NCBI GenBank assembly: GCA_963826535.1
Contig: CAWGXL010000001.1
Span: forward strand, 14,336 to 78,335
Reading direction: 5' to 3'
DNA length: 64,000 nt
Origin: an uncultured bacterium
GTDB taxonomy: Bacteria; Patescibacteriota; Microgenomatia; Levybacterales; UBA12049
Shown here: one piece after another, positions 59,914 through 64,000 of the stretch
How the letters are laid out: each line of letters opens with the position of its first letter
Position numbering within the stretch: position 1 is the stretch's first letter
The notes under the pieces: generated by a model
Databases searched by the model: none
What the model was told of the DNA's origin: nothing
The model's input: only the letters and a program-made list of their open reading frames with translations
Made by a program: the position numbers and the translations under genes

Positions 59914-61128
59914 TTAGTATTTATTCTCTTTTTTTATATTAAATATGATATGTTCGTCTATTTTTTTATTTATTTTTTCAGAAGAGGGATTTCTTGCTCT
60001 ATTTGCTTGATATTGAAGATCATCGGCGTACCCTCTTGCTGATCGATCTACCCACATAACAGCTTCGAGCATTTCTCGTAGAGCGGCCTCCTTTTCATCC
60101 TCCGAACTACCCACTAGGCTAGTTTGGATAGCACAAACAACCTTTCGTGCTAGTTCTGCTATCGCCTTCTGTTCTGCCCCTTGAGGACCGGGTATCTCTG
60201 CACGAGGCACAGTTTTTTTTAAATATTCATCAACTCCACCTACCCAGCCTCCTGCACGTCGAATTGCTTCCTCTATTTTTTGTAACGAAGCTACTTGATT
60301 TGGATTCAATTGCGCTGTGACCTCTACAAAATCCGTAAACGATCCATGTATAGCAATATACCCAATTATTCTTGCTTGTCGATCATCCTCCCATTTCATT
60401 TCAAATGCTTTTCTTTCTGCTTCTCTGACAGTTTGAATTGCTTTTGCCTTTCGTGGTTGAATACGAGTCCCAAATGGATTATGCTCAAAAAGTCTAATAT
60501 AGGCGACCTCTTCCAAAACTCTCATTTCTGTTGCCAACTGTGGATGTTCTTGGGTGATCTCCTTAAAGGATTTACCTTCCTTCAGCATCTCGGTTATAAT
60601 CGCTACAACTGACCTTGAACCTGTTTGCAAATAAACATCTTGTGCTTGATCAAGATCGTCTCTCTCTGCCGCCTTTTTCACTTTTTGTAAAGCGGTTGTT
60701 TGTTCCCCTTGAGAAAGTCCTGTGGTGAATAAGGTATCAGAACGATCTGTATGGAGACGACCGACGAGCTTTTTACCAATAGCTCTTGCATGTCCTATTT
60801 GATCTGGACTAGATCTTAATTTCCACAATTGACGATCAGCAATTTCATCTACTTTATCTTCAACGAGATTGGCTTTAGGGGAAGATGTATCTGCATTTAG
60901 TTCGTCTCTTGCTTGTTTTAAAATAATGACCGCGGGATGTAAGATCTCAGCAATTTCTCTCGCAAAAGGAGGAATATATTCAACTGCTTCGCGAATTGTT
61001 TCCTTGATCTGTTCGTCTGTTCGACGAGCTTGATCTGCAATCTGAGCAATATTATCAAGTCGAGGCAAACCCAATGCCAGATAAGTTGCATCAGGTAACT
61101 GTCTAACCAATTCTTGGGAAGGTTTCAT
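59914..61128 (-). CDS. Hypothetical helical protein
   Basis: 404-aa ORF; no family recognised. Confidence 0.6.
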   Translation of the reverse strand: MKPSQELVRQLPDATYLALGLPRLDNIAQIADQARRTDEQIKETIREAVEYIPPFAREIAEILHPAVIILKQARDELNADTSSPKANLVEDKVDEIADRQLWKLRSSPDQIGHARAIGKKLVGRLHTDRSDTLFTTGLSQGEQTTALQKVKKAAERDDLDQAQDVYLQTGSRSVVAIITEMLKEGKSFKEITQEHPQLATEMRVLEEVAYIRLFEHNPFGTRIQPRKAKAIQTVREAERKAFEMKWEDDRQARIIGYIAIHGSFTDFVEVTAQLNPNQVASLQKIEEAIRRAGGWVGGVDEYLKKTVPRAEIPGPQGAEQKAIAELARKVVCAIQTSLVGSSEDEKEAALREMLEAVMWVDRSARGYADDLQYQANRARNPSSEKINKKIDEHIIFNIKKENKY

Positions 61129-61241
61129 GCACGTATTATAACTTATAGGATCTGTTTAGCCAAGCAGCTTATCTATAAAGAAGTAATTTTTTTTCTGATT
61201 CATGAATATGTTAAAATTACATAATCTGCTCCAATTTATCC

Positions 61242-62627
61242 GTGAAGAAAATTACTAGTGAACATATAAATTCTTTTTCTGCAATTGTTGGTAAAAATTC
61301 TATCTCTGTTAAAAAAATAGATTTAGACACCCACTCCAAAGATAGCTCTTTCCACAACGCATCTTTACCTGATGTTGTCATATGGCCAAAAAGCACATTG
61401 GAGGTAAGTAACACACTAAAACTTGCCAATATTCATCAAATTCCTGTAACCGCCTGGGGTGGGGGATCCAGCTTAGAAGGCAATCCAATTCCTGTAAAAG
61501 GTGGCATTATATTAAATATGACCCGCATGAATAAAGTACTAAAAGTATATCCAAAAGATTTACAGGTAAGGGTACAGCCGGGAATAATAGGGGACGAACT
61601 TGATAGACAATTACGCGCTTTTGGACTTTGGTTTGCCGCTGCTCCCGGAAGCAAACATCTTGCAACTATCGGAGGAATGATTGCAAATAATGCAGGCGGC
61701 ATGCATGCTGTTAAATACGGCGCAGTCGGAGATGCGGTCTTAGAACTTGAGGTAGTTTTAGCGAATGGAGACATTATTCGGGTTGGCAGCAGGTCACATA
61801 AATCAGTATCAGGCTATGATTTAAAAAGTTTATTTATTGCCTCAGGTGGAACCCTTGGAATAATAACAGAAGCCGTATTGCGCTTAACTCCGCTTCCGCA
61901 AACGAAAATTGCCGTTCTTGCGTCTTTCCCTAATAATGAAATAACGTCTAATACAAGTTTAGATTTATTAAAGTCTGGTATTCTACCGGCATCTATAGAA
62001 TTTATGGATTCAATATATTTAGGTTTAATAAACAAAGCAAAAGGAACAAAATTAATGGAACAACCGACATTACTTATTGAACTTCACGGAAATAAAAAAA
62101 CAGTTGCCATGCAAATTTCTCAAATAAAAGATATTTGTAAAAAAAACAAATCAACCTCCTGCCAAGAGTTTAAAACAAAAGAAAAACTCCGCCAGTTATG
62201 GGAATATAGACGCTCTGTTAGACCTAAATTATCAACTCTTCTTCCTAATACAGGGGTACTTTCCGCAGAAGTTGGTGTACCCGTTTCGCAAATACCAAAA
62301 CTATTAAAAAAAGCAAAAGATGTGTCAATTAAGTATCAATTACAAACAGTAACGTTTGGACATATGGGAGACGGCAATTTCCATGCGTGGGCTTTATATG
62401 AATTAAACAACAAAAATGCGTGGGTTAGAGTAACTAAACTAAATGAAGATTTAATAAACTTTGCCATTAAACTAGGCGGTACAATCACCGGTGAACATGG
62501 AATTGGAATTGGTAAGAAAAAATTTCTACCAATTGAACATGCAACTACAATTCATATTATGAAATCTATTAAAAAATTGCTAGACCCCAGTTCCATATTA
62601 AATCCCGGGAAAATACTTCCGGATTAG
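61242..62627 (+). CDS. FAD-linked oxidase (GlcD/D-lactate dehydrogenase-like)
   Basis: GGGSSLEG, TIGG..ANNAGG, GHMGDGNFH, GEHGIG, LNPGK. Confidence 0.92.
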   Translation: MKKITSEHINSFSAIVGKNSISVKKIDLDTHSKDSSFHNASLPDVVIWPKSTLEVSNTLKLANIHQIPVTAWGGGSSLEGNPIPVKGGIILNMTRMNKVLKVYPKDLQVRVQPGIIGDELDRQLRAFGLWFAAAPGSKHLATIGGMIANNAGGMHAVKYGAVGDAVLELEVVLANGDIIRVGSRSHKSVSGYDLKSLFIASGGTLGIITEAVLRLTPLPQTKIAVLASFPNNEITSNTSLDLLKSGILPASIEFMDSIYLGLINKAKGTKLMEQPTLLIELHGNKKTVAMQISQIKDICKKNKSTSCQEFKTKEKLRQLWEYRRSVRPKLSTLLPNTGVLSAEVGVPVSQIPKLLKKAKDVSIKYQLQTVTFGHMGDGNFHAWALYELNNKNAWVRVTKLNEDLINFAIKLGGTITGEHGIGIGKKKFLPIEHATTIHIMKSIKKLLDPSSILNPGKILPD

Positions 62628-62652
62628 CTTAATATAATTATTCACCCCTCGG

Positions 62653-63414
62653 CTAAATCTCCTCCTTACCCAAAAAAGTAATTAAAGCTTGAGCTATCGC
62701 ATTTGCCGGTTTCTCAGGATTATTAATAAGCATTCTTGCCTCTTGAGGATTAGTCAAAAATCCGGTCTCTAAAATAACAGCCGGCGCCATAGGATGTGTC
62801 GAATGCTCAAACCTTCTCCAGGCAAAAGCATAATACCCGGTCATATTCCTTGAAATATTTGTATCACGCTCTAAATTAGTTACCTTCTGATATACTTCGT
62901 CAATTATTCTTACTAACTCGTACGTTTTACTGTTCATTATCCTTCTAGGAGCAGCTACCTTAAAACCGGTTGTAGAAGGGTTTGCGCTTCCATCGGCGTG
63001 AATTGCCACAACTGCATCTGCGTAATAATCAGGCGGTATAGTTGCGGGCAGAATATCTACTAATATACCTTCCTTCTCTATTATCTTTTTTGCCTCATTT
63101 GCAATCGCAAGATTTACCTCCCATTCCGCGACATTTCCATTGCTTGTTCCTCCTCCGGTTTCTCTTATCCTGCTTAGTTCGTCAGGTAGTTCATAATTTT
63201 TCCAATGTCCTGCTTGAAGTCCGATTTTCAAAGGTCCTTCGGGTCGTACCCAATTTGAAAATTCATCAAAGTTATCCGTATCCTGTTCAGAAGAAATTTC
63301 ATCTTCGATGTAAGGAGGCGCGCCATAATTTTCTGCGTTTTGGCTTGTATTAAAATAAATGACAGCAGCTATAAAAATAAAAAATAATAACATTATTCCA
63401 AATAAATTTTTCAT
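62653..63414 (-). CDS. N-acetylmuramoyl-L-alanine amidase (Amidase_3)
   Basis: QAGH, E..VNL.IA, IHAD, ILETGFLTN. Confidence 0.88.
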   Translation of the reverse strand: MKNLFGIMLLFFIFIAAVIYFNTSQNAENYGAPPYIEDEISSEQDTDNFDEFSNWVRPEGPLKIGLQAGHWKNYELPDELSRIRETGGGTSNGNVAEWEVNLAIANEAKKIIEKEGILVDILPATIPPDYYADAVVAIHADGSANPSTTGFKVAAPRRIMNSKTYELVRIIDEVYQKVTNLERDTNISRNMTGYYAFAWRRFEHSTHPMAPAVILETGFLTNPQEARMLINNPEKPANAIAQALITFLGKEEI

Positions 63415-63422
63415 AAAAATTA

Positions 63423-64000
63423 TTATTTCAAATACTTATCAAAAAACTCAACTGATCTCTGCATAGCAATTCCAAAGTTATTTGGAATATCATGCTCATC
63501 TCCGGGATAAATATATAACTCAACTTCGCGGCCTGCTTTTTTCATTTGCGCGGCAAGAGTTTCAGAAAACTCATGTGGGACTGAATGATCGGAAGTACCA
63601 TGATGAAGTTGTAAAGGTCCGGAAATTTCAGCAAGAAAGGAATTTGCAGAAATCGAATTCCAAAACACCGGATTTGCCTCAGGCGTTCCATACTGTTCAA
63701 TAAGCCCCCGTCTCCAACCGCCCCTGTTAGAATTTGTAGGGAAAGGAGAAATAGTTGTACCGCGTCTCCAACGGGAAATAAGATCAGGATACGATGCTAC
63801 AACCCCAGCCCAAATAACCCCTGCTTTAATATCCTTATTGGTAACCATATTACGAAGTGTCACATGCCCGCCCATAGAGTGCCCCCACATCCCAATTCGA
63901 TCAGAATCTGCCAATTGTCCTGAGCCTGTCGAAGGAATCTCTAGCTTTTTTATTGATGCCACAGCATTTAGAACATCTATCGTATATGCGTTTGAACCAT
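63423..64000 (-). CDS. S9-type alpha/beta hydrolase, 5'-truncated by the window edge
   Basis: WGHSMGG, HHG..D..V, H; frame open to the edge. Confidence 0.88.
   Translation of the reverse strand, partial: GSNAYTIDVLNAVASIKKLEIPSTGSGQLADSDRIGMWGHSMGGHVTLRNMVTNKDIKAGVIWAGVVASYPDLISRWRRGTTISPFPTNSNRGGWRRGLIEQYGTPEANPVFWNSISANSFLAEISGPLQLHHGTSDHSVPHEFSETLAAQMKKAGREVELYIYPGDEHDIPNNFGIAMQRSVEFFDKYLK
63916..63935. repeat. Short REP-like unit CCTTCGACAGGCTCAGGACA inside the CDS
   Basis: Translates as PSTGSGQ just before the nucleophile strand. Confidence 0.55.

Noticed and set aside
948-63703. Numerous short antisense or nested ORFs in the track
   Set aside because: They are shadows of longer motif-supported genes.

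Overview
AT-rich bacterial DNA. A CPR/Patescibacteria (Microgenomates-like) host is inferred from gene content only. Bases 1-19.3 kb hold envelope and glycan genes, a serB-serA fusion plus frameshifted serC, transport/membrane genes, REP-like palindromes, tRNA-Glu and tRNA-Lys. From the tRNA-Lys 3' end, a ~39 kb tandem stack of five integrated segments runs from 19383 to 58623, each closed by a CAC-core att site (26173, 32964, 43588, 57460, 58621). Three segments start with a large serine recombinase whose gene is cut at the att site. Joining each element's two ends by hand fuses the recombinase in frame to a 31-47 aa tail at the element's far end. Elements 1 and 2 are 6793 and 6791 bp and carry terminase-small-subunit-like genes, which is satellite-like. 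Other cargo includes a Crp/Fnr redox cluster with CRP boxes, a nuclease-like + KAP NTPase pair behind a terminated leader, and an OmpR/MacAB module with TTAAG-N6-TTAAG boxes. All family calls come from motif recognition by eye; no database searches were run.
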